Translations under genes and position numbers: made by a program | In this document: in pieces, positions 1-7,345 of the stretch | Numbering within the stretch: position 1 is the first letter of the stretch | Layout: every line of letters begins with the position of its first letter | Source: Gammaproteobacteria bacterium | GTDB taxonomy: Bacteria; Pseudomonadota; Gammaproteobacteria; DSM-16500 | Assembly (NCBI GenBank): GCA_033762075.1 | Contig: JANRLY010000040.1 | Location: 17,372-81,371 of the forward strand | Length of the DNA stretch: 64,000 nt | Direction: 5' to 3' | Notes under the pieces: model-generated | Told to the model about the DNA's origin: nothing | What the model saw: the letters and a program-made list of their open reading frames with translations, nothing else | Databases searched by the model: none

Positions 1-61
1 GCCCCACTTGGGGGCTGGCTGTTGGGGGCTTTCCTTGGATTTTGTGGGAAGAAGCATAAAC

Positions 62-90
62 AAAAAACCCCTTATTTTAAAGGGGTTTTG
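62..90. terminator. Bidirectional rho-independent terminator (displaced original ssrA terminator)
   Basis: The hairpin is AAAACCCCT / 8-nt loop / AGGGGTTTT at 64-89. It has an A-run on its left and a T-run on its right. On the minus strand it lies about 28 nt after the orphan ssrA 3' fragment. Confidence 0.7.
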
Positions 91-117
91 GATGTTTTTG
101 GATGTCTTTGGAAGTGA

Positions 118-150
118 ATTTGGTGGAGGCGGCGGGAATTGAACCCGCGT
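118..150. repeat. attL: orphan copy of the ssrA 3' end (33 bp)
   Basis: ATTTGGTGGAGGCGGCGGGAATTGAACCCGCGT is identical to 47070-47102. No tmRNA body follows it. Confidence 0.85.
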
Positions 151-203
151 TCCAATCAGGGAATCATACTGATTTATTTAGCTTTTTTCCAGCGGCCTTT
201 TTT

Positions 204-227
204 AAAGGGCGAATCAAGGGCGAATTT
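204..227 (+). promoter_or_regulatory. Candidate integrase arm-type binding site (tandem GGGCGAA)
   Basis: AAAGGGCGAATCAAGGGCGAATTT matches AAAGGGCGAAATGCGGGCGAATTT at 46927-46950 in 20 of 24 positions. Both copies have the same orientation and both lie inside the element near its ends. Confidence 0.45.
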
Positions 228-307
228 CAAGTAATTAATGTATTTTTTATGCTTTAACACATTGATTACGCTATACTTCCATTAACTTAGTTTATTGAGA
301 TAATGGT

Positions 308-901
308 ATGAGTAACTGTGGCTGCCACCAAACCGCTACAACAGATAATGAAAGAAAAATTTTGCAAATAGCATTAATTCTGAATGCAACTATGTTTGTG
401 GTAGGGCTAATTGCAGGGATATTAGCTCATTCAACAGGTCTTATTGCTGATTCATTAGATATGCTTGCTGATGCATCTGCTTACACCATAGGATTATATG
501 CAATTGGTCGTAGTTTACGGCTTAAAAGTATTGCTGCTACACTTAGTGGCAGTTTGTTATTAGTACTTGGTGTGGGAGTGTTGGTCGAGGTAATCAGGAG
601 AACGTGGTTAGGTAGTGTGCCTGAAAGCACTACTATGATTATAGTGGCTTCTATTTCTTTGCTGGTAAATTCAAATGTACTCCGTTTATTAAGTCAATTT
701 CGTAAGGCTGAGGCTCATTTACGCGCTACTTGGATATTCACTCGAGCAGATGTTATTGTTAATTTGGGCGTAATTATTTCCGGTATATTGGTTGCTCTAA
801 CACATTCTCGTTTTCCTGATTTATTGGTGGGATTTGCAATTGGCTTGTATGTTATCAAGGAAGCGTTTGGAATTCTTAAAGACGCTCGTTTGTCAAGCTA
901 A
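308..901 (+). CDS. Cation diffusion facilitator (CDF) transporter, membrane domain only (no cytoplasmic C-terminal domain)
   Basis: The 197-aa product has six hydrophobic segments. It carries the CDF signature ADSLDMLADASAY in TM2 and ends just after the post-TM6 ILKDA motif. The N-terminus is Cys/His-rich (MSNCGCH). Confidence 0.7.
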   Translation: MSNCGCHQTATTDNERKILQIALILNATMFVVGLIAGILAHSTGLIADSLDMLADASAYTIGLYAIGRSLRLKSIAATLSGSLLLVLGVGVLVEVIRRTWLGSVPESTTMIIVASISLLVNSNVLRLLSQFRKAEAHLRATWIFTRADVIVNLGVIISGILVALTHSRFPDLLVGFAIGLYVIKEAFGILKDARLSS

Positions 902-2106
902 CCAGCTACTAATGCAGTAGATGGTAATATAGTAGCCCAATTGTTGACTGTTTTATATCCAGCCTTACTTGATGGGTCTGGTATCCACTTCCCATAGGTT
1001 TTTATGACCATCTCTGTGTCGCGATGTCCCATTTGCTTGGCTAACCAGAGCATATTTTCACCGGATGAAAGCATCATGGATGCATAAGTGTGGCGGGTTT
1101 GATAAGGATTACGGTAGCGTACACCGGCTTTTTTTAGAATGTATTTCCAACAAGTTTTTCTAATTTGGGCGTGAGTTTCCCACGGCTTTTTTGTGCGTGG
1201 ATTATGAAAGATGCGCTTATCTTCCAAGAAAGTATAAAATTTTTGTGCTTGTAATGCATCTAAGGCTGGTGGTAGCAACATTACATTACGCTCTCCAGCT
1301 TCAGTTTTTGTGCACTTCTCTTGTTTTTCTACCACAGCGCGATTAACGCGTACTAAACCATTAACCCAATCAATGTCACGCCATTCCAATGCGATTAATT
1401 CGGAGGGACGCAATCCAGTGAAAAAAGCAAATTTAAAAAGATGGCTTGCTTGACCTTCAGCATGATTTAAAATAGCACTGATTTCATTAATATCAAAAGG
1501 ATCTGGCGTATAGTCACTCTTGATTGTTTTTTTATTAAGTACTTTTGCTAATTTGACTCGATCTAGAGGATTTCGTTGCAAGATATCATCATTAATTGCT
1601 TCGTCTAATACCGCACGCAACGGCGTCAAAATATTACGTACTGTTTTAGCAGTGAGATTTAAATTGCTGATCCACTTGCGGATAAAAGCCGGTGTTAATT
1701 CAGTAAGAGGTACTTTACCAAATACCTCAAATAAATGTGCTTGGCAAATTTTTTTATAACCCACTACAGTGCTTGGTTGTAAGGTGCGCTCGGCTTGTTC
1801 TATAAAATTATGTAGTAATTCACCTACTGTTATATTGCTAGCAACATGCCCAAACATCCGTCCTTTTTTAGAATCAGGAAAATAATTAGCATAAGAGAAA
1901 TTGCCGCGCTCAATCGCATTTAAAATTTCGCTGCGTAACCGTTCCGCATATTTAATATTGGAGGGTGTTGCTTCAATGCTAAGAGTTTCACGGCATTCAA
2001 CACCCTTATAGCTAAAATGGATGCGAATCGTGCTACCTTTGTCCCATCTGCGAATCTCTATACCAAATGGAGTTTTTGTAGCATTTGTTTTCCGCTCTCC
2101 ACCCAT
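898..2106 (-). CDS. int: Tyrosine integrase (phage integrase family with an N-terminal Arm-type DNA-binding domain)
   Basis: The 402-aa product has an N-terminus FGIEIRRWDKGSTIRIHFSYKGVECRETL typical of arm-binding domains. The C-terminus RHTYASMML...GHRD...IKTYGKW gives the R-H-R-Y catalytic signature. It is adjacent to attL and xis. Confidence 0.9.
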   Translation of the reverse strand: MGGERKTNATKTPFGIEIRRWDKGSTIRIHFSYKGVECRETLSIEATPSNIKYAERLRSEILNAIERGNFSYANYFPDSKKGRMFGHVASNITVGELLHNFIEQAERTLQPSTVVGYKKICQAHLFEVFGKVPLTELTPAFIRKWISNLNLTAKTVRNILTPLRAVLDEAINDDILQRNPLDRVKLAKVLNKKTIKSDYTPDPFDINEISAILNHAEGQASHLFKFAFFTGLRPSELIALEWRDIDWVNGLVRVNRAVVEKQEKCTKTEAGERNVMLLPPALDALQAQKFYTFLEDKRIFHNPRTKKPWETHAQIRKTCWKYILKKAGVRYRNPYQTRHTYASMMLSSGENMLWLAKQMGHRDTEMVIKTYGKWIPDPSSKAGYKTVNNWATILPSTALVAG

Positions 2107-2261
2107 TTTTCTACCTCAATTAAATTGACCCATAAGTTCCCATCAGGGCCTACCTTGCATTGGAGCCCGTCCAGCCAAATTCCTCGTTTTCGTTTAGCAT
2201 GGACAGCGTCAGAGGTATCTCCTGAAATTTCGCAATATTTCCTAAGTTTTATCCATTTCAT
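2058..2261 (-). CDS. xis: Excisionase-like small DNA-binding protein
   Basis: The 67-aa basic protein lies immediately upstream of int and overlaps it. The motif KRKRGIWLDG...GPDGNLWVNLIEVEKW resembles lambda-type Xis winged-helix proteins. Confidence 0.6.
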   Translation of the reverse strand: MKWIKLRKYCEISGDTSDAVHAKRKRGIWLDGLQCKVGPDGNLWVNLIEVEKWVESGKQMLQKLHLV

Positions 2262-3142
2262 GGCGATACATGCTCCGGCGGTGACATTGATAGCTCTGGT
2301 TGCGATGAATTGCCAGTCAATTCTGATGGCGGTACATCGGACTTCTGATCAATTTTTGCGCTTCCCTTAAGGTTAGGCGCGATGGCATCTACAAAGTTAA
2401 TGCGCTTATAAATTTCACGGCAGCGGATAACGTCACCCATGCAGTAAGTCGCTACTTTTTCCACTTCACCACGCTGCACAAAATCCCAAACTTTAGACCC
2501 ATCAATAACCTCGCCATTCGGCAAATCTGCATCTTTGGTAGGGATGCCAAGCACTTTGCATAAGCGGTCTAAGCTAATTCGTTCTTTGACACCAGCCCAC
2601 AGAACCATCGTGTCTTGCGCTAGCTCGCTCCACGGTTTGCTATCCTGATATAAGTTTATGAGAGGTTTTACATTTAAAATCACTGCGCGATGAAAAAGAA
2701 AACGTAAATCAAATTGCACATTGTGACCGACCCAGCTTGGATTACGTTTATTGAGTTGCTCATAGGCTGCGTTGAAAAACGTTTGTAATAGTACCGCTTC
2801 ACTTTCATATTGATGACGAAAGCACACCGACGGTTCGCTATCTTCTATGGCCCAGCCAATACAAATAATTTCGCCTTGCTCACCGTGCAGTGCTGTTTTA
2901 CGCCAAGCATCTTCCAGCGCCGATTCACGTTTTACTAAATCATCCTGATATTTTTGCTGTGCTGCCTCACGCAATTGTGGAAAGGTATTTTCTTGCCAAT
3001 CACGGATTGTCTCTGCTTTTTTAATATTGCGCGGACACTTTGGATCTTCATACGGCGGGACATCAGAAAGCTGTGCTGCAATTTCTTTTCTTAACTCTAA
3101 ACGTTGCCCTGGTATGGTTTCAATATCGATAAAAACTTTCAT
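2258..3142 (-). CDS. DnaQ-like / PolB-exo-type 3'-5' exonuclease
   Basis: The 294-aa product has Exo motifs FIDIETIP (ExoI), HNVQFDLRFL (ExoII) and YCMGDV (ExoIII). It sits in the leftward early operon. Confidence 0.65.
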   Translation of the reverse strand: MKVFIDIETIPGQRLELRKEIAAQLSDVPPYEDPKCPRNIKKAETIRDWQENTFPQLREAAQQKYQDDLVKRESALEDAWRKTALHGEQGEIICIGWAIEDSEPSVCFRHQYESEAVLLQTFFNAAYEQLNKRNPSWVGHNVQFDLRFLFHRAVILNVKPLINLYQDSKPWSELAQDTMVLWAGVKERISLDRLCKVLGIPTKDADLPNGEVIDGSKVWDFVQRGEVEKVATYCMGDVIRCREIYKRINFVDAIAPNLKGSAKIDQKSDVPPSELTGNSSQPELSMSPPEHVSP

Positions 3143-3158
3143 AAACTACTCCTTGTAA

Positions 3159-3806
3159 TCAGAAAGGTATGTCTTGGCTCAAATCATCCATGTCTTGTGG
3201 TTGTGCTGCTGGTGCAACAAACGGTGGTTGATATTGCATTGACTGACTTGCAGGCTGCGCCGGTTGAGTATTGGCTATACCACTTAAATTTATTTTCTTA
3301 CGAATACCCTCTGGCACAGTCATATAAGTGGCATCGGAATATTCATCTAAATCAAAATAAATTTGTGGGTTTACTGCTGGTGGACATGGAACACCTGCGG
3401 GCAACCGGCAAATGCTAATTACATCTGACCATTTCTTTTGTGTGTTTTGATTGACTGAATGTTTGGTGGTGATATAGCAGGGAGCGCCCAGGATGGTTGA
3501 TAGTTTGAAGCCCTTTAATTCATCGGCGCTAAATCCTTTGCCGCGCCACGCTTCCAGTAAGCCGCGTAAATTAGACTTTTCACTGAGGCTGGTGGTGTAC
3601 GTTTGCATGTGGATGAAGGGTCTGCCATCTGCCATTAGTTTGTCGGTGAACTCCCAGCCGATTAAGACTTTGGGAGAGTGATTGCCGTAGGTTTTATTCA
3701 GTTGTTCACCCAGATCAATCAGTGCGTAGCACCGTGCTACATGCAGTCCTTCGGGTGCTAATACAAAACTACCGCCATTATCCTTTGCTGTTAAGCTCAT
3801 TGCCAT
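3159..3806 (-). CDS. Phage single-stranded-DNA-binding-like protein (DUF669-like) with an SSB-type acidic tip
   Basis: The 215-aa product has a Q/P-rich linker and a C-terminus DMDDLSQDIPF. That resembles the DDDIPF protein-interaction tail of bacterial SSB. It lies in the recombination and early operon. Confidence 0.55.
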   Translation of the reverse strand: MAMSLTAKDNGGSFVLAPEGLHVARCYALIDLGEQLNKTYGNHSPKVLIGWEFTDKLMADGRPFIHMQTYTTSLSEKSNLRGLLEAWRGKGFSADELKGFKLSTILGAPCYITTKHSVNQNTQKKWSDVISICRLPAGVPCPPAVNPQIYFDLDEYSDATYMTVPEGIRKKINLSGIANTQPAQPASQSMQYQPPFVAPAAQPQDMDDLSQDIPF

Positions 3807-3912
3807 TCTCCTGTAAAGTGGTTAAAAATTTAACTATCCTCCAAAACCAGTCGCGTTTTATCTCGAACTGGGCCAGCCTTTCTTTCGGTGTTATTTGATC
3901 GACCATAAACAT
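3778..3912 (-). CDS. Small ORF (44 aa), first gene of the leftward early operon
   Basis: The ATG is preceded by AAGGAAGGAGAAAGGC (Shine-Dalgarno). The stop overlaps the start of the SSB-like gene. It was not in the ORF track because it is under 60 aa, and no family was recognised. Confidence 0.35.
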   Translation of the reverse strand: MFMVDQITPKERLAQFEIKRDWFWRIVKFLTTLQENGNELNSKG

Positions 3913-3957
3913 GCCTTTCTCCTTCCTTTGCTGTCCTACGATGTCCTAACTGTACCT

Positions 3958-3989
3958 AATTATTTGTCCACAAATGTGGACAAATAATT
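3958..3989. promoter_or_regulatory. Candidate operator: 32-bp inverted repeat between the divergent early operons
   Basis: AATTATTTGTCCACA-aa-TGTGGACAAATAATT has perfect 15-bp arms. TTGTCC and TAATTG/TAATTA hexamers on both strands could be overlapping divergent promoters. Confidence 0.55.
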
Positions 3990-4013
3990 GGTTAGCATGA
4001 ATGCCAGTGACTT

Positions 4014-4286
4014 ATGAATTGGATAACTGATGGCATTGCAGGGAAGAGAAATGACATGCATCACGAGCAGGTACTATTGACTGCCATCAGGTTTTTTGGA
4101 TCACAAAGCAAGATGGCTAATGCTCTTAATTTGAAACGCAGCATTGTAAATAACTGGTTAAACCGCGACAGGCGCATTCCATTTGAATACGCCATTGCGA
4201 TAGAAACCCTAACCAATGGTGCAGTGAATCGTTATGAGATTGCACCTTATGCTAGATGGCTAGAGAACCTGAAGGCACATAGATGA
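4014..4286 (+). CDS. Cro / YdaS-like helix-turn-helix regulator
   Basis: The HTH-like segment SQSKMANALNLKRSIVNNWLNRDRRIP resembles the YdaS/Cro family. It is the first rightward gene next to the operator. The start could instead be the ATG at 4056. Confidence 0.55.
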   Translation: MNWITDGIAGKRNDMHHEQVLLTAIRFFGSQSKMANALNLKRSIVNNWLNRDRRIPFEYAIAIETLTNGAVNRYEIAPYARWLENLKAHR

Positions 4287-4316
4287 AATGGACAGCGAAT
4301 AGCCTGGAGATTTTTC

Positions 4317-4772
4317 ATGCAAAAATGGTCTAGTGACGGCACTCGCCTTGAAAGAACTGGTTGGCGTGATGACACGATCAGTTTGCGTCATCGTCTTTGG
4401 GGATTTGATTGCCCGTGTACTGACATCGATTTTTTATTGATTGAATATCACATCGCTGAACCGGTGGCGTTAGTTGAATATAAACATTTTCAGGCTGGAT
4501 TTCCAAATCTGCAACAAACGGGTTATCGCGCATTAAAACGATTAGCAGAAAAAGCAGAATTGCCGCTACTACTTACTTTTTATTGGCCTGAAATCTGGGC
4601 ATTCCGCGTATTCCCATTGAATGATGCCGCAAAAAGACATTTTCAAAAAAAAGATGATTTATCTGAATACGACTATGTATCGCGCTTGCACCAAATGCGG
4701 CGAATCGTATTAACGCAAGAGATGGCTAAAAGCCTTAACACCATTAAACCACCAAAAGATTCTGAGGAATAA
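4317..4772 (+). CDS. Hypothetical phage early protein with a possible PD-(D/E)xK-like motif
   Basis: The 151-aa product contains CTDIDFLLIEY ... ALVEYKH, a D ... E-x-K spacing like restriction-endonuclease-fold nucleases. No family was recognised with confidence. Confidence 0.3.
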   Translation: MQKWSSDGTRLERTGWRDDTISLRHRLWGFDCPCTDIDFLLIEYHIAEPVALVEYKHFQAGFPNLQQTGYRALKRLAEKAELPLLLTFYWPEIWAFRVFPLNDAAKRHFQKKDDLSEYDYVSRLHQMRRIVLTQEMAKSLNTIKPPKDSEE

Positions 4773-4775
4773 CGT

Positions 4776-5726
4776 ATGGCACGGTATAGCAAAATTGAAC
4801 GATGCATTTTGAATGACCAGAAATTTAATAGCTTATCTGACGATGCCAAGCTGGTTTTTTTAATTTTGTTAATTCATCCGCATCTCACTGCTATCGGTGC
4901 CATGCGCGCAACACTTCCTGGACTTGCAAGTGAATTAGGTTGGCCTATTGATAGGCTTCGAAAAGCCTTTGCGGAAGCCTTTAGGAAAGACATGGTAAGG
5001 CATGATGAAAAGGCTTGTTTAATATGGTTGCCCAACTACCTAAAGCATAACCGACCAGAGTCACCCAACGTGGTGAAATCGTGGGAGCAGTCACTCGATT
5101 ATTTACCGGAATGTAGTCTTAAAAATGAATTGATCCAACACGTAAAAACCTTTGTAAATGAGCTTTCTACTGCATTTCAGGAAGCCTTACCGGAAGTCTT
5201 TCTTAAGCCTTGCGAAAGTCTTCAGGAAGACTTACCTCAATCAGTAACAGTAGCAGTAACAGTAACAGAAGCAGTAGCAATAACAGAAACAGTAACAGGA
5301 GCAGAAGAAAAAGACTTTGTCGCGTCACCGCGACATCGTGTGGATGATCACGACAATCTCGTTTCTGTTTTCAATCACTGGAAAACTACACTGCAGCATC
5401 CCAATGCTGTGTTGGATGAGAAACGCAAAAAGTTAATTCGCACTGCGCTGAAGATGGGTTACACCGTTGCCCAGATTTGTGATGCCATCACGGGCTGCAG
5501 TTACACACCACACAACATCGGCGATAACGACCGTGGCCAACGCTATGACGGTTTGCATGTCATCTTGCGTGATGCAGACCAGATTGATCGGTTTATTCGT
5601 AATGCCACTAGCCCGCCACGCCCACCGCATCCGGCTGACAAGCTGATGCAAGCCAACATCACTGCTGGACAAAACTGGTTACGCAAAAAACTTGATGAAA
5701 CGGAGAACCCTCATGCAGACGAGTGA
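4776..5726 (+). CDS. Phage replication initiator / replisome organiser (O/DnaD-like, with a conserved phage C-terminal domain)
   Basis: The 316-aa product has an N-terminal winged-helix-like region. The C-terminal VFNHWKTTL...KRKKLIRTALKMGYTVAQICDAI resembles the conserved phage replication-protein C-terminus. A tandem DNA repeat lies in the linker coding region. Confidence 0.55.
   Translation: MARYSKIERCILNDQKFNSLSDDAKLVFLILLIHPHLTAIGAMRATLPGLASELGWPIDRLRKAFAEAFRKDMVRHDEKACLIWLPNYLKHNRPESPNVVKSWEQSLDYLPECSLKNELIQHVKTFVNELSTAFQEALPEVFLKPCESLQEDLPQSVTVAVTVTEAVAITETVTGAEEKDFVASPRHRVDDHDNLVSVFNHWKTTLQHPNAVLDEKRKKLIRTALKMGYTVAQICDAITGCSYTPHNIGDNDRGQRYDGLHVILRDADQIDRFIRNATSPPRPPHPADKLMQANITAGQNWLRKKLDETENPHADE
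5242..5307 (+). repeat. Degenerate 12-nt tandem repeat (about 5.5 copies) inside the initiator gene; candidate origin iterons
   Basis: The units read CAGTAACAGTAG CAGTAACAGTAA CAGAAGCAGTAG CAATAACAGAAA CAGTAACAGGAG CAGAAG. They encode SVTVAVTVTEAVAITETVTGAEE. Confidence 0.5.
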
Positions 5727-6384
5727 CATGCCAAATTTTTTAAATTTGCTTACGGGTTTGGGCGCGCTGTATGGAAAACCCATCAACGAGCCGTTGGTAG
5801 AAATTTACTGGCGGGCGTTGCAGCGATTTGATTTTCCTGCGGTGAAAGAAGCGTTGCAGGCGCATGTCGATAATCCCGACAGTGGCCAATACATGCCAAA
5901 GCCTGCTGATGTGGTGCGTTACCTTGAAGGCGGCAGTCGCACTCAAGGGTTGCAAGCTTGGAGCCGTGTCGTCAAGGCAATCGGCAGCATCGGTTGCTAT
6001 CGCTCACTCGTGTTTGATGATCCGGTTATTCATGCCGTTATTTCGGATATGGGTGGATGGATGCAGCTTTGCAAAGTGACCGAAGATGAATTGCCCTTTA
6101 AAGCCAATGAGTTTGAGAAACGTTACGCCGCTTATGTTTTGCATCCACCTGAAACATATCCCAGGCAATTAACCGGTGTGATCGAACACCAAAATAGCGC
6201 GCAGGGTCATGAAGCCGAACCACCTGTGTTGATTGGCGACCAACAAAAAGCGCTGTTGGTATACCAAGGTGGCGGTAACGCAGCATTGCCTTACCACCAA
6301 CCCACTGTCCCTTTGGCGCATTTAGTGAAGCAGCTTCCTGCGCTGATATCCAATCAATCCAATCAAAAGGAACCCACTGCATGA
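5713..6384 (+). CDS. Phage replication-associated protein (possible helicase loader; family not recognised)
   Basis: The gene is translationally coupled to the initiator gene, with GGAG 7 nt upstream of the ATG at 5713. Its position is equivalent to lambda P. The function is inferred from position only. Confidence 0.3.
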   Translation: MQTSDMPNFLNLLTGLGALYGKPINEPLVEIYWRALQRFDFPAVKEALQAHVDNPDSGQYMPKPADVVRYLEGGSRTQGLQAWSRVVKAIGSIGCYRSLVFDDPVIHAVISDMGGWMQLCKVTEDELPFKANEFEKRYAAYVLHPPETYPRQLTGVIEHQNSAQGHEAEPPVLIGDQQKALLVYQGGGNAALPYHQPTVPLAHLVKQLPALISNQSNQKEPTA

Positions 6385-7058
6385 GCACCGATGAAACCCA
6401 AGAAATCGCCATTATACCGGCTATTGCTAGAACCCTTAAAACCCTAGCAGATGGCACGGTCAGGCTAAACATTGACGTAGAGCCTGCCTACCGTGAAACC
6501 GCCATGCACCTCTTTGGCGAACCAGGTACAGGCATTGCTGTCGCTCGTCTCAGTCTTGAGGCTACCCAGAGCCAATTACGGCAAGAAACGATAGCACCGT
6601 ACCGGCATGCGGCTAAGTCTTTGAGACTTTCGGCTTTTTTCAGGTCACCCGAGGTTTGGCTGCTGATTGGCACAGACGCCCAATTTTTGGCCTGGGTTCG
6701 GCTGCAAAAATGCGCCTATTGTCAGGCCGCACCTTCGGAACATAAGCCCACAGAGGCCGCCCACGTGCGCCGTGTGGCGGAAGGTGCCGGTGTTGCCATT
6801 AAGCCCGATTATTGCGCCATCCCACTATGCCATACCCATCATGCACTGCAACATGCTCAGGGCGAAAGCGCCCTTGGCGGGAAGGAGTGGTTTGATAAAA
6901 AACGCATTGAATTTGTCACCCAATGGGCATGGGAAAGCTTGAAGCAACAGTTGGGCTATGAATCTTGGGCAGAAGTACCACCCGTTACTCTGCGTATGTG
7001 GGCTGTCACCAGGAGCGTTCACACTTATTTACCCTCGGAGTACCGCGATGAAAACTAA
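6381..7058 (+). CDS. HNH-type / Ref- or DUF968-like nuclease-fold protein
   Basis: It contains the Cys/His cluster CAYCQA...AHVRR...IPLCHTHHALQH, typical of phage HNH/DUF968 proteins. The start overlaps the previous stop as ATGA. Confidence 0.4.
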   Translation: MSTDETQEIAIIPAIARTLKTLADGTVRLNIDVEPAYRETAMHLFGEPGTGIAVARLSLEATQSQLRQETIAPYRHAAKSLRLSAFFRSPEVWLLIGTDAQFLAWVRLQKCAYCQAAPSEHKPTEAAHVRRVAEGAGVAIKPDYCAIPLCHTHHALQHAQGESALGGKEWFDKKRIEFVTQWAWESLKQQLGYESWAEVPPVTLRMWAVTRSVHTYLPSEYRDEN

Positions 7059-7344
7059 TCGTAAAAAACTGATTGGAAAATCTATCAAAACACTGGAGCG
7101 CATTGAAGCGGTTCAGTTTGATATTGCCTCTTACCAAGAAAGTATCAAGCGGCTTCATGATTTTGCTGAAGGCCGTATAACGCTTAACGGTACGGGTTGT
7201 ACTTATCGTGCTGTACAGCGTGCGCTGAATCATAAACGCACACAGGAAGATGAGGATCGTATGCAATGGACGCTAAAAAATATTAAAACGCAGATGGCGT
7301 TATTGGAACGCGAATTGGAAGTATTACTTGAGTATGGTGCTTAG
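7048..7344 (+). CDS. Hypothetical phage protein (98 aa, coiled-coil-like)
   Basis: An in-frame ATG at 7048 overlaps the end of the previous gene. No family was recognised. Confidence 0.4.
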   Translation: MKTNRKKLIGKSIKTLERIEAVQFDIASYQESIKRLHDFAEGRITLNGTGCTYRAVQRALNHKRTQEDEDRMQWTLKNIKTQMALLERELEVLLEYGA

Positions 7345-7345
7345 T

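Noticed and set aside
1-60. A possible 3' end of a plus-strand gene entering the window. Frame 3 reads ...PTWGLAVGGFPWILWEEA-TAA and is followed by the terminator at 62-90.
   Set aside because: Only 19 codons are visible. That is consistent with a membrane-protein C-terminus but impossible to support from this little sequence.
893-903. A possible internal phage att site: TCAAGCTAAC at the CDF/int junction compared with TCAAGCTTAAC at 29533-29543, just after the last tail gene.
   Set aside because: The match is only 7 + 3 nt with an indel, which is well within chance for AT-rich DNA. No remnant of a CDF C-terminal domain follows 29489. The 33-bp ssrA repeat plus the arm motifs give a far better att pair.
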